64,000 bases of DNA from an uncultured Prochlorococcus sp. (lineage in GTDB: Bacteria; Cyanobacteriota; Cyanobacteriia; PCC-6307; Cyanobiaceae), in contig NZ_CACOFR010000004.1 of assembly GCF_902626525.1 (NCBI RefSeq), positions 2,525-66,524 of the forward strand, given 5' to 3'. Positions within the stretch are counted from its first letter, which is position 1, and each line of letters starts with the position of its first letter. A model generated the notes under the pieces. The model ran no database searches and was not told the DNA's origin. It saw only the letters and a program-made list of their open reading frames with translations. A program made the translations under genes and the position numbers. Positions 18,025 to 30,477 of this stretch are shown here, piece after piece.

Positions 18025-19440
18025 TTAACCTTGAACGTCAAGCTTGTCGACAGTATCAAATTCAAACTTAATTTCCTTCCAAGTTTCGAGAGCGATGGCT
18101 AATTCAGGACTGTGTTTAGCAGCTTCCATAAGAATGTCCCTACTCTCTTTTTCGATTTCGCGACCAGCATTACGTGCTTTTACACAAGCTTCTAAAGCAA
18201 CTCTGTTGGCTGCTGCTCCAGCAGCTGAACCCCATGGATGACCATGCGTTCCTCCACCGAACTGAAGACAAGAATCATCTCCAAAAATCGCTAAGAGTGC
18301 AGGCATATGCCATACATGAATACCACCTGATGCGACAGCAAATACTCCTGGCATTGAACCCCAATCTTGATCAAAGAAGTTACCTCTTGATCTATCTTCA
18401 GGAACAAATGACTCTCTTAAGTTGTCAATGTATCCAAGAGTTGTTTGGCGATCACCTTCTAGTTTTCCAACAACAGTTCCAGTATGTAATTGATCTCCTC
18501 CGGAGAGTCTCAAACATTTTGCTAAAACTCTGAAATGAATACCATGCTTTGGATGTCTATCAATAACAGCATGCATAGCTCTGTGAATATGTAGAAGCAT
18601 GCCATTTTTACGACACCAGTTTGCTAATCCAGTATTTGCAGTAAAACCGCCAGTTATATAATCATGCATGATGATTGGCATATCTAGCTCTTTTGCAAAT
18701 TCTGCTCGTTCGTAAAGTTCTTCAGGAGTGTTAGCAGTACAGTTAAGGTAGTGACCTTTAACTTCTCCAGTTTCTTGCTGAGCAAGCTTAACTGCTTCTG
18801 CAACAAACTCAAATCTTTCTCTCCAACGCTGGAATGGTTGAGAATTAATATTCTCGTCATCTTTCGTTAAATCAAGACCACCTCTAAGACACTCATAAAC
18901 AACTCGACCATAGTTTTTACCAGATAAGCCTAATTTAGGTTTAATGGTACAACCAAGAAGAGGTCTTCCATATTTGTTTAAACGATCTCTTTCTACTACG
19001 ATTCCATTTGGTGGACCACCGCAAGTTTTAATGAAAGCGATTGGGAACCTAATATCTTCTAAACGTAGGTGTCTTAGAGCTTTAAATCCAAAAACGTTTC
19101 CTACTAAAGATGTTAGTACATTTGTAATCGAACCCTCTTCAAAAAGATCTAAAGGATATGCAATAAAAGCATAAAAAGCTTCAGGATCTCCAGGAACGTC
19201 TTCGATTCGATAACAACGTCCTTTATAAAATTCTAAATCTGTAAGTAACTCGGACCAAACTGTTGACCAAGTACCTGTTGAAGATTCAGCGGCAACAGCT
19301 GCTGCGACTTCTTCTCTTGGAACACCTTCTTGACCTGTACATTTGAAACAGGCTAGTAAATCGGTGTCTAGGGGTACATATTCAGGAGTCCAGTAGGTAT
19401 CTCTGTACTCCTTTACCCCTGCATCATACTTCTTACTCAT
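18025..19440 (-). CDS. cbbL: RuBisCO large subunit (form IA)
   Basis: 471 aa with the [16 protein letters not shown] active-site region and an overall unmistakable RbcL sequence. Confidence 0.98.
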
Positions 19441-19509
19441 AAGGATAAATTTAGGTCTGTGTAGGGAAAATAATCATTGTGCAAAATTTATAAATCTTGC
19501 TTTACTTAA

Positions 19510-19821
19510 TTAGTCCTTTTGACCAAGAAATTCACCGTTACCTAGAGCAGGTTCAACTTCTCTGTGAGGACGAGCAATAATGTGAGCTGCGACTAAACCG
19601 TCACCAACTCTTTCACAAGCATCAGCACCAGCTCTTACAGCTGCGTTAACTGCGCCTGTTTCCCCTCTAACTAATACTGTGACATAACCGCCACCAACAA
19701 ATTCTCGACCAATAAGACGAACTTCTGCCGCCTTGGTCATTGCGTCTGCTGCTTCGATTGCAGGTACAAGTCCGCGTGTCTCGATCATGCCGAGAGCGAT
19801 ACCCATTGTTTCTGTAGCCAT
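19510..19821 (-). CDS. csoS1: Carboxysome major shell hexamer protein CsoS1 (BMC-H)
   Basis: 103 aa with a single BMC domain (GIALGMIETRGLVPAIEAADAM). It is the first gene of the cso operon. Confidence 0.95.
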   Translation of the reverse strand: MATETMGIALGMIETRGLVPAIEAADAMTKAAEVRLIGREFVGGGYVTVLVRGETGAVNAAVRAGADACERVGDGLVAAHIIARPHREVEPALGNGEFLGQKD

Positions 19822-19839
19822 TGCCTACTAATTACTAAA

Positions 19840-19853
19840 TGTGGAATGTTCAA
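19840..19853. repeat. Copy 1 of the exact 14-nt direct repeat TGTGGAATGTTCAA
   Basis: Identical to 20071-20084. It lies 19 nt upstream of the csoS1 start codon. Confidence 0.8.
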
Positions 19854-20047
19854 TCCGAAGAATGCTTCATTAAGTACTTATAAGTCAAGCGTTTTCGATA
19901 AAATCTCCATTAATGTTTTTTCTATCACTCATAAGTTAAACTTATCACCCTTGGTACTATTGATATGTCAATACTTATGCAAATTAGTTAGTGCATCAAA
20001 ACATACTGTTGTGTTAAGAAAAAATTTACATTATGTTATTTCCGTAC

Positions 20048-20097
20048 GAGACAGGCCCTGTCTACACAGGTGTGGAATGTTCAACCTTACCTGTCTC
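20048..20097. promoter_or_regulatory. GC-rich element with two mutually exclusive hairpins
   Basis: GAGACAGG (20048-55) can pair locally (AGACAG-GCC-CTGTCT, 20049-63) or distally with CCTGTCTC (20090-97). It is a GC-rich patch in an AT-rich spacer. Confidence 0.35.
20071..20084. repeat. Copy 2 of the exact 14-nt direct repeat TGTGGAATGTTCAA
   Basis: Identical to 19840-19853. It lies inside the loop of the long-range pairing 20048-20055 / 20090-20097. Confidence 0.8.
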
Positions 20098-20148
20098 CGT
20101 ATCTAGCATTGAAGTAAGATAATATTCACATTAATTTCATTTGTTATT

Positions 20149-20733
20149 TTGAACCTTCCAGTTCTTACAATTGCTAGTGGTAACTCAAGAAAAGTATCCG
20201 AAATCTCAGAGATGTTAGATGTTTTATCTTTAAGAGTAGAAAAGCAACCAGAATATTTAAATATCGAAGAGACTGGAAACACATATTTTGAGAATGCACT
20301 TCTCAAAGCAAAAGCAGCTGCTTTAGAGACAAAAACTTGGGCATTAGCAGACGACTCGGGTCTTGAAGTAGATATTTTAGATGGTCGACCAGGTGTATAT
20401 TCAGCTCGATATGCCAAAAATAATACGGAAAAAATTAGAAAATTAATTAATGAACTTTCTGATAGTCCTTACAGGAGCGCAAGATTTATAAGTTGTATGG
20501 TTTTGTGTGATCCCTCAGGAAATTTAGTGAAGGATACAACTGGAATATGCTGGGGAGAAATTCTTAAAAACCCAAAATACCCAAATGGGGAGTTCGAATC
20601 TATTTTTTGGGTTAAAGAGGCTAACTGCGTTTACGGAGAGTTATCACAATCACAACTAAGCAAATTAGGCAGTAGGGGTAAAGCTGCAAAAATTATGTCT
20701 CCTTTCTTAAAGAAAGAAATTGGTTTAAATTAA
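20149..20733 (+). CDS. rdgB: Non-canonical purine NTP pyrophosphatase (RdgB/HAM1 family)
   Basis: ASGNSRKVSEI, ALADDSGLEVD and GRPGVYSARY motifs. TTG start. Confidence 0.85.
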   Translation: MNLPVLTIASGNSRKVSEISEMLDVLSLRVEKQPEYLNIEETGNTYFENALLKAKAAALETKTWALADDSGLEVDILDGRPGVYSARYAKNNTEKIRKLINELSDSPYRSARFISCMVLCDPSGNLVKDTTGICWGEILKNPKYPNGEFESIFWVKEANCVYGELSQSQLSKLGSRGKAAKIMSPFLKKEIGLN

Positions 20734-20740
20734 AAAATTT

Positions 20741-21511
20741 TCAATAACTTGAAATTTCTTCAATTGCTCTAATAGCAGCAGCAGCTGCTTCTTCTACATC
20801 TCCTTCTTTCCCTGCGAGAGTTAATCTACCAAAAGCTCCAACTGCCTTCACATCAACGACAGTGATATTGGATGCTTTTTCTGCTTCATTTGCTGCTTTT
20901 AAAACATAACCAGCCGGTTCAGTTTCTAATATGAACATGCTCATTCCAGCTTGAATCATTGATCCACTTCTGTTTTGTCTATTAATTAATACTGAATGAT
21001 CTGGAGTAATAGCTCGAATGACTTCAGTCCAACTTGTTGCAGGTTTTGTTCTTTTTCTAACTTCACTTCCAATAGCATCTAGAACAACATCTCCAGAATG
21101 TAAAACGGTGCTTTGATCTTTATGGTAAAGAGCAAGAGATCCAAATGCTCTTTCAACAATCATCTGACCAAGTCTTACATTACTCGCTTTTAAGGCAATA
21201 TCGGTAACTCTATGAACGGCCATGCCAGGTGAAACTTCCATCCAAAGACATGAATCACCAGGGATAGGTAAAAAACCTCTACTAACCGTTCCCATATATG
21301 CAGCCAATTGAGGTTGTAGAGAATCTAGAAAAACATATGTTCTCAACTCTATTTGCTCAACCTGACTTGCTTGTCTGGATACCAAAGACTTTTCCGAATC
21401 AGTTGTAATGAAACAGCTAGCACCACCGGCCTGAGATTGCACCTCAGATCCTGTGACAAGAGAACTCCCTTTTTTTCGTTCCCCTCTGTTTAAACTAGAA
21501 GTTGGTTCCAT
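20741..21511 (-). CDS. csoS1D: Tandem-BMC-domain carboxysome shell protein CsoS1D
   Basis: 256 aa. Matches the Prochlorococcus CsoS1D sequence I recall (MEPTSSLNRG...LRTYVFLDSLQPQLAAYMGTVSRGF). Confidence 0.9.
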   Translation of the reverse strand: MEPTSSLNRGERKKGSSLVTGSEVQSQAGGASCFITTDSEKSLVSRQASQVEQIELRTYVFLDSLQPQLAAYMGTVSRGFLPIPGDSCLWMEVSPGMAVHRVTDIALKASNVRLGQMIVERAFGSLALYHKDQSTVLHSGDVVLDAIGSEVRKRTKPATSWTEVIRAITPDHSVLINRQNRSGSMIQAGMSMFILETEPAGYVLKAANEAEKASNITVVDVKAVGAFGRLTLAGKEGDVEEAAAAAIRAIEEISSY

Positions 21512-21607
21512 TCACGCGACTATAACGGAAAATGGTTCATTTTTTCTATTAAATTTACTTGCATGCTTCCTACAAAACGATAACTTCAAGTAAAGATATT
21601 AATTTTT

Positions 21608-21976
21608 ATGGGAAATTCTTCAAAAAAAGATCCAAATGTTTCTGGTACTGAAAAAGAATTAACACCGGATCAAACTCTTGGATTAGTTAGCCTAAGTTTG
21701 ATGCAAAAACTATCTCAGAAAGACCCATCTTTTAGTTGGTTAGTCGAAGATAAAATAGAGAAAGTAAATCTTAAGAACCTCAGAGATAGATTGGAGTTAA
21801 CTCAATTAGCTATAAATACTGGGGCTCCTTTAACGACTTCAGAAGTGACAACTTTAATTGGAGCAAAGCCAGGAAAATCTAAGTTGGAAAGAGCAGGATT
21901 ATTAGCCACGAAAATAGCAAGAAATGTATGGAAAATATCAAAAACAAGTCAAGGAAATTCCTTCTACAGAAATTAA
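21608..21976 (+). CDS. Hypothetical protein (122 aa)
   Basis: ORF only, with no recognisable motif. Confidence 0.4.
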   Translation: MGNSSKKDPNVSGTEKELTPDQTLGLVSLSLMQKLSQKDPSFSWLVEDKIEKVNLKNLRDRLELTQLAINTGAPLTTSEVTTLIGAKPGKSKLERAGLLATKIARNVWKISKTSQGNSFYRN

Positions 21977-22124
21977 AATATGACCAAAAAATTATTTTCA
22001 TAATTCTCATTTAAGTATTTAAACATTCATATAAGTTTTTTAAATGTGTGCATTTTGTAAGAGAACTTATTAATTACTTTCTTTAATTAAAAAGTTTATG
22101 CAAGCTTGAATTATAAGCTCTTGA

Positions 22125-23390
<1,266 letters not shown>

Positions 23391-23396
23391 AAAACT

Positions 23397-24968
23397 ATGG
23401 AATTAACTTTATGGACATATGAAGGACCACCACATGTTGGTGCGATGAGAATTGCCTCTTCAATGAAAGATATACATTATGTGCTTCATGCTCCTCAAGG
23501 AGATACATATGCAGATCTTCTTTTTACAATGATTGAAAGGAGGGGGAAAAGGCCTCCAGTTACATATACAACTTTTCAGGCGAGAGATCTTGGAGGAGAT
23601 ACAGCAGAATTAGTAAAGAAAAATATTAAGGAAGCCGTAGAACGATTTAAACCAAAAACTCTTTTAGTTGGAGAAAGTTGTACAGCAGAACTAATCCAAG
23701 ACCAACCCGGAGCCCTCGCAAAAGGGATGGGGTTTGATATGCCAATTGTTAATCTTGAATTACCTGCTTATAGCAAGAAAGAAAATTGGGGTGCTTCAGA
23801 AACCTTTTATCAATTAACAAGGACCCTTCTAAAAGAAAAAGTAAGTTCCTCAGAGAAAATAAATCCTCTAAGGTGGAAAGAATTAGGTCGAAGACCAAAA
23901 GTCAATATTCTAGGGCCCTCATTATTGGGATTTAGATGTAGGGATGATGTTATTGAAATCCAACGAATACTCTCAGAACAAGGAATAGATACAAACGTTG
24001 TTGCTCCATTGGGTGCCAGTCCAAATGATATTGAAAGAATAATTGATGCTGAAATAAATATTTGTCTTTATCAAGAAATTGCGGAAGCATCATGTGAATG
24101 GCTTAAGCGCAACTTTGGAATGGAATATACAAGTACTATTCCAATTGGAATAAAAAATACAATTGAATTTATAAATGAAGTTCATAAGAAGTTGGATCTT
24201 CCTTTGACTAATAAGGAAGAATTAGAACATAAATCAAAACTTCCTTGGTACTCAAAATCAGTTGACTCAAATTACTTAACTGGCAAAAGAGTTTTTATTT
24301 TTGGTGATGGAACACATGCAATTGCAGCAGCCAAAATTGCCAAAGAGGAATTGGGCTTTGAAGTAGTTGGGCTTGGAACATACAGCAGGGAGATGGCAAG
24401 GCAAGTAAGAGGTACTGCAAAAGATCTAAATGTTGAAGCTCTAATTACTAATAACTATTTAGAAGTAGAAGATGCGATGAAAAAAGCCGCACCTGAACTA
24501 GTTTTAGGGACTCAAATGGAAAGGCATAGTGCCAAGAGACTCGGTATCCCATGCTCAGTAATAAGCACCCCAATGCATGTCCAAGATGTCCCTGCAAGAT
24601 ATAGCCCACAAATGGGTTGGGAAGGAGCGAATGTGATTTTTGATGACTGGGTGCATCCCCTAATGATGGGATTAGAAGAGCATCTCATTGATATGTTTAA
24701 ACATGACTTCGAGTTTGTTGACGGTCATCAAAGCCATTTAGGACATACAGCGACAAAAACAGAAAATTTAATAAATTCTGATCAGAAAAAAGATAAAAAT
24801 AATAAAGAAGGAATTATCTGGACTGAATCTGGTAGAGCTGAATTAACAAAAGTTCCTTTTTTTGTGAGAGGTAAAGTCAAAACTAATACCGAAAAATACG
24901 CAATTTTGAGAGGAATTCCAGAAATAAGTGATGAAACCCTTTACGATGCTAAAGCGTATTTCAGTTAA
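23397..24968 (+). CDS. chlB: Light-independent protochlorophyllide reductase subunit B
   Basis: The [21 protein letters not shown]-terminus is typical of ChlB. Confidence 0.95.
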   Translation: MELTLWTYEGPPHVGAMRIASSMKDIHYVLHAPQGDTYADLLFTMIERRGKRPPVTYTTFQARDLGGDTAELVKKNIKEAVERFKPKTLLVGESCTAELIQDQPGALAKGMGFDMPIVNLELPAYSKKENWGASETFYQLTRTLLKEKVSSSEKINPLRWKELGRRPKVNILGPSLLGFRCRDDVIEIQRILSEQGIDTNVVAPLGASPNDIERIIDAEINICLYQEIAEASCEWLKRNFGMEYTSTIPIGIKNTIEFINEVHKKLDLPLTNKEELEHKSKLPWYSKSVDSNYLTGKRVFIFGDGTHAIAAAKIAKEELGFEVVGLGTYSREMARQVRGTAKDLNVEALITNNYLEVEDAMKKAAPELVLGTQMERHSAKRLGIPCSVISTPMHVQDVPARYSPQMGWEGANVIFDDWVHPLMMGLEEHLIDMFKHDFEFVDGHQSHLGHTATKTENLINSDQKKDKNNKEGIIWTESGRAELTKVPFFVRGKVKTNTEKYAILRGIPEISDETLYDAKAYFS

Positions 24969-25161
24969 TTTTTTTTACTAATTTATTATAATAAAGTCAT
25001 GAGTATTTTCACTTATTATTAAATAGATATAATCCTGAAAATCAAGTTATAGGAACATTGTTTGTACTTTTAATACAATTAAATAAATATTTGTTTAGAA
25101 ATATATTTCATGGGTATTTACACTGCAAGAATATAAACAATTATGTGTTTTTAAGCTTTAA

Positions 25162-26049
<888 letters not shown>

Positions 26050-26055
26050 TAGTAA

Positions 26056-27060
26056 TCAATCTAATCCAACCAATTTTCTTGTTAAATCATAAGTTAGCTG
26101 AGAGGTTTTCGTATCAATTATTCTTTTTGATAACTTTTGAGAAAAAGCTTTTCTTCCAGTTTTTTGACGATTTCCCCAGCTCCAATGGGCTGATGGTTTA
26201 GCATATTCTTTATAAGTTGCCACTTTAGCTACCCTCTCTCCTGCTAATCTTTCTGACACATATCCTCTTGTTATGAATTTTTGAAATATCGGAAAAAGAA
26301 ATCTAAATATCCAAGGTGTATCTCTAAAAAGTTTTGTGTTGGCGACACACCCAGGATATAGAGAATTAATAATAATTTTATCTGCAGGATATCTTTTTGA
26401 TAATTCCTGAACAGTAACCATATTGCAAAGTTTACTATCCTTATAAGCCTTACCAGGTTTAAATTTTTTTCCATTAGCCATAGATATTGGAGATAAAAAG
26501 CCATTTTTAAATCCAGATAAATCTCCTAGATCAGCAGGAGCAGGGATAGGAATTCTCCCTCCAAATTCTAAATAATTAGCTGTTACAGTTCCTAATACAG
26601 TGATTCTTGGCTTGAATAAAATAGATTTACCATTTAATTCAATTTCTCTTTCAGAAGATAAAATATTTTCCATAAGAAGATTTATCATAAGAAAATGCCC
26701 AAAATGATTTACTGCCATGGAGTTTTCAAAACCTTGAGGAGATCTATCAGGTCTTTTTAATCTTGGTTTATAAACTGCTGCATTACAAATAAGAGAATTT
26801 ATTGGTTTTTTAAATCTTCCCAATATTTCATCACACCCTTTTCTTACATCGTCCAAGTTGGAGAGATCTATTTCTACAAAGTGAACATTTTGAATTTCAT
26901 CTTTTGTCAAAAATTCCTCAGCTGTTGATATCGCTCTTTTATTTGATCTATTAACAGCTATAACTTCCCATCCGAATCTTAAAAGAGGTTTTAGGGTATT
27001 TAAACCAACTCCTGAAGTTGTTCCTGTAATTAGGACTAAACCGTTAATGTTCTTACTCAC
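26056..27060 (-). CDS. por: Light-dependent protochlorophyllide oxidoreductase
   Basis: SDR N-terminus ITGTTSGVG, YKDSKLCN catalytic motif, and POR-specific insertions. Confidence 0.9.
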   Translation of the reverse strand: MSKNINGLVLITGTTSGVGLNTLKPLLRFGWEVIAVNRSNKRAISTAEEFLTKDEIQNVHFVEIDLSNLDDVRKGCDEILGRFKKPINSLICNAAVYKPRLKRPDRSPQGFENSMAVNHFGHFLMINLLMENILSSEREIELNGKSILFKPRITVLGTVTANYLEFGGRIPIPAPADLGDLSGFKNGFLSPISMANGKKFKPGKAYKDSKLCNMVTVQELSKRYPADKIIINSLYPGCVANTKLFRDTPWIFRFLFPIFQKFITRGYVSERLAGERVAKVATYKEYAKPSAHWSWGNRQKTGRKAFSQKLSKRIIDTKTSQLTYDLTRKLVGLD

Positions 27061-27114
27061 TAGAAAAAGATTAATAGAAAAATGATAAGTAAAAAGTTTC
27101 TTAAATCATACTTA

Positions 27115-27462
27115 TCAACGCCATATTACCCTGATTATGTCCTTAGAAATTATTTGATCTTGATCCTTCATAAATCTTTGCTCACCTTCAGAAGAAAATA
27201 AATCATCAAATCTGCTTGTTAAAGCATTAAATCGATATTTTTCGTATAAAAAAGAGTCTTGAATTTCTCCCAATCTGGTTAATCTAACTTTTGAACTATA
27301 GCCAAGTTTAATCGAGCTTACTATTGCTAAAAAGGAAAAGCAAATTTTTATTGTAAGAAAAACTACAGATACAAAATTTTCCTGTTTCCGCTGCTTTTTT
27401 TTAAATGCAGAATTTAGAAATTTTTTGTTATAAAAAGTATTTTTATAAAAAGATTTTGGCAA
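27115..27462 (-). CDS. Hypothetical membrane-anchored protein (115 aa)
   Basis: Basic N-terminus followed by a single TM helix. No recognisable family. Confidence 0.4.
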   Translation of the reverse strand: MPKSFYKNTFYNKKFLNSAFKKKQRKQENFVSVVFLTIKICFSFLAIVSSIKLGYSSKVRLTRLGEIQDSFLYEKYRFNALTSRFDDLFSSEGEQRFMKDQDQIISKDIIRVIWR

Positions 27463-27544
27463 CTTTAGTAATTGGTATTTTGATTAAATAATTTAAATAA
27501 GTTTTAGAATATTATTACCTTAAAAATATATATTTTCTAGTCTT

Positions 27545-27649
27545 TTAACTCCTACCTAAACTAATTCCTAGTCTGAGTGCTAAAACTCCTGCATGTATAA
27601 CTACTATGAGGCTTAGAGCAATTAAATTTATTGTTTGAGTTGGCTCCAT
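27545..27649 (-). CDS. psaM: Small single-helix protein, probable photosystem I subunit PsaM (34 aa)
   Basis: My own translation gives [34 protein letters not shown]. The size, single TM helix and ...L.LRL... tail resemble PsaM. It falls below the ORF-track length cutoff. Confidence 0.5.
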   Translation of the reverse strand: MEPTQTINLIALSLIVVIHAGVLALRLGISLGRS

Positions 27650-27786
27650 GGTAAATAAAATATTTCCTATATTCTCCACCTAAAAGTGGGAATTTGACAC
27701 ACTATTACAAAATGATGTTACGTAATTTATAAATTGAAAGAAAAAATTTATTAAAAATTATTATTAATAGAACTGCAAGGTTAATT

Positions 27787-28500
27787 TTGAGAATAGAAAA
27801 TCAAGCTTTAATTTTCTCAACAAAAAATTTAACCGGATTAGAACAAATGTCTTTGGATTTAAATTCATTAAATCAGACAATTTCGAATCCTGAAATAATT
27901 CTTACATTGAGATTCTACTATTGGTCTGGGGATTGGCTTTCAATTGGCTATCACCAAAAGGAAATTCCTCCTCATTGGAAAAAGTTACAATTTAATGGAG
28001 AAATTAGTATTGTAAGACGTCCTTCTGGAGGAGGAGCTGTTTTACATTCGGGGGGTATAACATATGCCTTAACATTTAAAAAAACTTACTATAAAGTCCT
28101 TAGCTATAAGATGGTTAATGATTGGTTAATAAAAAGTTTCGGAGAATTAGGTTTAAACTTGCAAAATGGTAATTTACGAAAATCACCTATTATAAATAAT
28201 TGTTTTAGTACTTCATTAATTTCTGATTTAGTTGATAATGATGGAGTCAAGAGAATAGGAAGTGCGCAATATCGTAAAAAAGGCTCATTTCTTCAACATG
28301 GAGAGATTCAAATTAATCCTTCAAGAGATTTATGGTTCAAATTATTTAAAGAAGACGCTCCACCAAAAGTAAATCTAGGAATCACAAATGATGAAATAGT
28401 TGAACATTTGAGAGAATCATTTCTAGAAAACAAATCAAATCTAAGGATCAAATATGTTCACATAAATAATAAATATCTTAAAAATTTATATAAAAGCTAA
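27787..28500 (+). CDS. Biotin/lipoate A/B protein ligase family protein (LplA/LipB-like)
   Basis: RRPSGGGAVLHSGGITYAL core motif. TTG start. Confidence 0.7.
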   Translation: MRIENQALIFSTKNLTGLEQMSLDLNSLNQTISNPEIILTLRFYYWSGDWLSIGYHQKEIPPHWKKLQFNGEISIVRRPSGGGAVLHSGGITYALTFKKTYYKVLSYKMVNDWLIKSFGELGLNLQNGNLRKSPIINNCFSTSLISDLVDNDGVKRIGSAQYRKKGSFLQHGEIQINPSRDLWFKLFKEDAPPKVNLGITNDEIVEHLRESFLENKSNLRIKYVHINNKYLKNLYKS

Positions 28501-28503
28501 TTA

Positions 28504-29727
28504 TTAAAGATCTCCTCTCTGCTTCATTGAATTTACTATTTTTGATAATTCAATTCCCAAAGGATACTTATATTTATTGTTTAATTTGTTAACAATTTCA
28601 GGAGGCAAATTAAAACCTAATTTATTCAAAATAAAGTAACCGATTTTGGACCTATCAATTATCCCCAAGGGGATATCTGCACAATTGAGTACTAATATAA
28701 GGCCCTCACTTGTTTCTTCAAGTTTTAATATAGTTTCCCATAATTTGTTATTCATATATACATTTGCAAAACTTTTAATTGGTTTCTTAAAGTCTCCAAC
28801 AAAAGTCCTTTCCCATTTTTTTATAGAGACAGATTTTAAAATACTCTCGTCAACAAATCCCGTCCATCTTCCATTATTTGCAACAAACAAATATTTATCT
28901 GCAGCATCCTTTTTATTATTAATTAATGCATTTAATTCCGAAAAATTAGAATCAAATTCAATTTTTCTCAATGGCTTAAATTTCAGGTCAGAAACCTTGC
29001 TAAATTTTAGTATATTTTCAATTTTAAAAAATTGATTTTCAGATTTTGAAGAATTAACTCCAAACAAACCTAGAAAAGAAAGAATAAAGCCATAATAAAA
29101 GTTAAGTCCAAATAAACAAAATATCCCAAAAATTAAAATTAAAAAAGATAAAGATAAATTAACTTTATTTAGGAAATTTCTACCTTTATATTTACTCCCT
29201 GAGAAATGCCAAATAATACTTTTTAATAAATTCCCACCATCTAAAGAACCAATTGGAATTAAATTTAAGAGGCATAAGAATAAATTTAATATTCCTACTC
29301 TAGAAATTATATTAATAGCTATTAGTTGTTCAGATGTACTGTAATTACTAATTAAAAGTAGAATAAAGGCCGTAGAAAAACATGATAGAGGTCTAACTAT
29401 CGCAATTTTTATATTACCTAAAGCTGTTTGACAATACTTATCTATTTGTAAAATTGCTCCGAGAAAATAAAAAGTAATTTTTTTTATTTTTACCCCATGA
29501 TTTAAAGAAACAAATGTATGGAACACCTCATGAGAAATAATTGATGATAAAAAGAAGAAAGAAGTTAAAAATCCTATAATCCAAGCTTCTTTAGTACTGT
29601 AGATACCATCTGAGCTTAAATTAATTTGATTACTTATACTCCATGAAAATAAGAAGAGAATCACAAACCAATAAGGATGAATTTTGAATGGAATTCCCCA
29701 TAATTTAAAAATTTGCCAACTTCTCAA
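28504..29727 (-). CDS. M50-family site-2 metalloprotease with a C-terminal CBS-like region
   Basis: HEVFH zinc motif within a TM helix, polytopic N-terminal half, and LNLIPIGSLDGG motif. Confidence 0.8.
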   Translation of the reverse strand: MRSWQIFKLWGIPFKIHPYWFVILFLFSWSISNQINLSSDGIYSTKEAWIIGFLTSFFFLSSIISHEVFHTFVSLNHGVKIKKITFYFLGAILQIDKYCQTALGNIKIAIVRPLSCFSTAFILLLISNYSTSEQLIAINIISRVGILNLFLCLLNLIPIGSLDGGNLLKSIIWHFSGSKYKGRNFLNKVNLSLSFLILIFGIFCLFGLNFYYGFILSFLGLFGVNSSKSENQFFKIENILKFSKVSDLKFKPLRKIEFDSNFSELNALINNKKDAADKYLFVANNGRWTGFVDESILKSVSIKKWERTFVGDFKKPIKSFANVYMNNKLWETILKLEETSEGLILVLNCADIPLGIIDRSKIGYFILNKLGFNLPPEIVNKLNNKYKYPLGIELSKIVNSMKQRGDL

Positions 29728-29782
29728 AAATAATCTCCGTTATATTTATCAATATTATTAATTCTACATATAGGATAATGAT

Positions 29783-30436
29783 ATGCCCAAGACTAATACT
29801 TTAGTTAAAATTTGCGGAATAACCTCCGAAGAACAAGCTCTTAAAGTTGCCAAATTAGGAGCGAATGCCATCGGCATTATTTCAGTTAAAGAGTCTCCTA
29901 GATATATTTCAGCTGAGATAAAGAAAAAGATATTTAGAAGCTTAGAAAATTTTTATCCAAAAATCCAGAGGGTAACTGTCGTACAAAATTGTCCCATAGA
30001 TTTAATTATTAAAAATTTCTTAGGAAACCCAAGTGAAACTATCATTCAATTACATGGAGATGAAGATATTGATTACTGCAAAAAAATAAGGGATAAAATT
30101 CCAAATATTGGCTTATGGAAAGCTTTTAGAATAAAAACAGAAAAAGACCTGGACAAAATCAAACCTTTTGAAGATTTTGTAGATGCGATACTACTTGATT
30201 CTTGGAATAAAGATACCTATGGTGGCTCCGGAAAAAAAATCAAATCTAAATTTCTAAAAGATTTAAAGTTTAAAAAAACTTGGTGGTTAGCAGGAGGGGT
30301 ATCATTGGATTGGATTGATGAAATATTAAGTGATTTAAAACCTGATGGATTAGATATTTCTAGTAGTATTGAAGTATATCCTGGTATAAAAAATATAGAA
30401 GCAACAAAAAACATTATTGAAAAAATTAAAAGTTAA
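29783..30436 (+). CDS. trpF: Phosphoribosylanthranilate isomerase
   Basis: VKICGIT...A...GANAIG N-terminus and SGGV/GLDISS C-terminal motifs. Confidence 0.85.
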   Translation: MPKTNTLVKICGITSEEQALKVAKLGANAIGIISVKESPRYISAEIKKKIFRSLENFYPKIQRVTVVQNCPIDLIIKNFLGNPSETIIQLHGDEDIDYCKKIRDKIPNIGLWKAFRIKTEKDLDKIKPFEDFVDAILLDSWNKDTYGGSGKKIKSKFLKDLKFKKTWWLAGGVSLDWIDEILSDLKPDGLDISSSIEVYPGIKNIEATKNIIEKIKS

Positions 30437-30477
30437 TTTGCTTTGTGGTTTTTGAAAAAATTATTATTTATGAAACT

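Noticed and set aside
19846-20106. An 86-aa plus-strand ORF filling the csoS1/rdgB spacer.
   Set aside because: It has no motif and a Ser/Leu/Cys-rich composition, and it spans the repeat and hairpin elements. The spacer is better explained as regulatory or non-coding. A small protein cannot be formally excluded without conservation data.
25064-25076. An NtcA-like palindrome GTACTTTTAATAC upstream of chlL.
   Set aside because: The spacing is GTA-N7-TAC, whereas NtcA sites are GTA-N8-TAC. No properly placed -10 box was evident.
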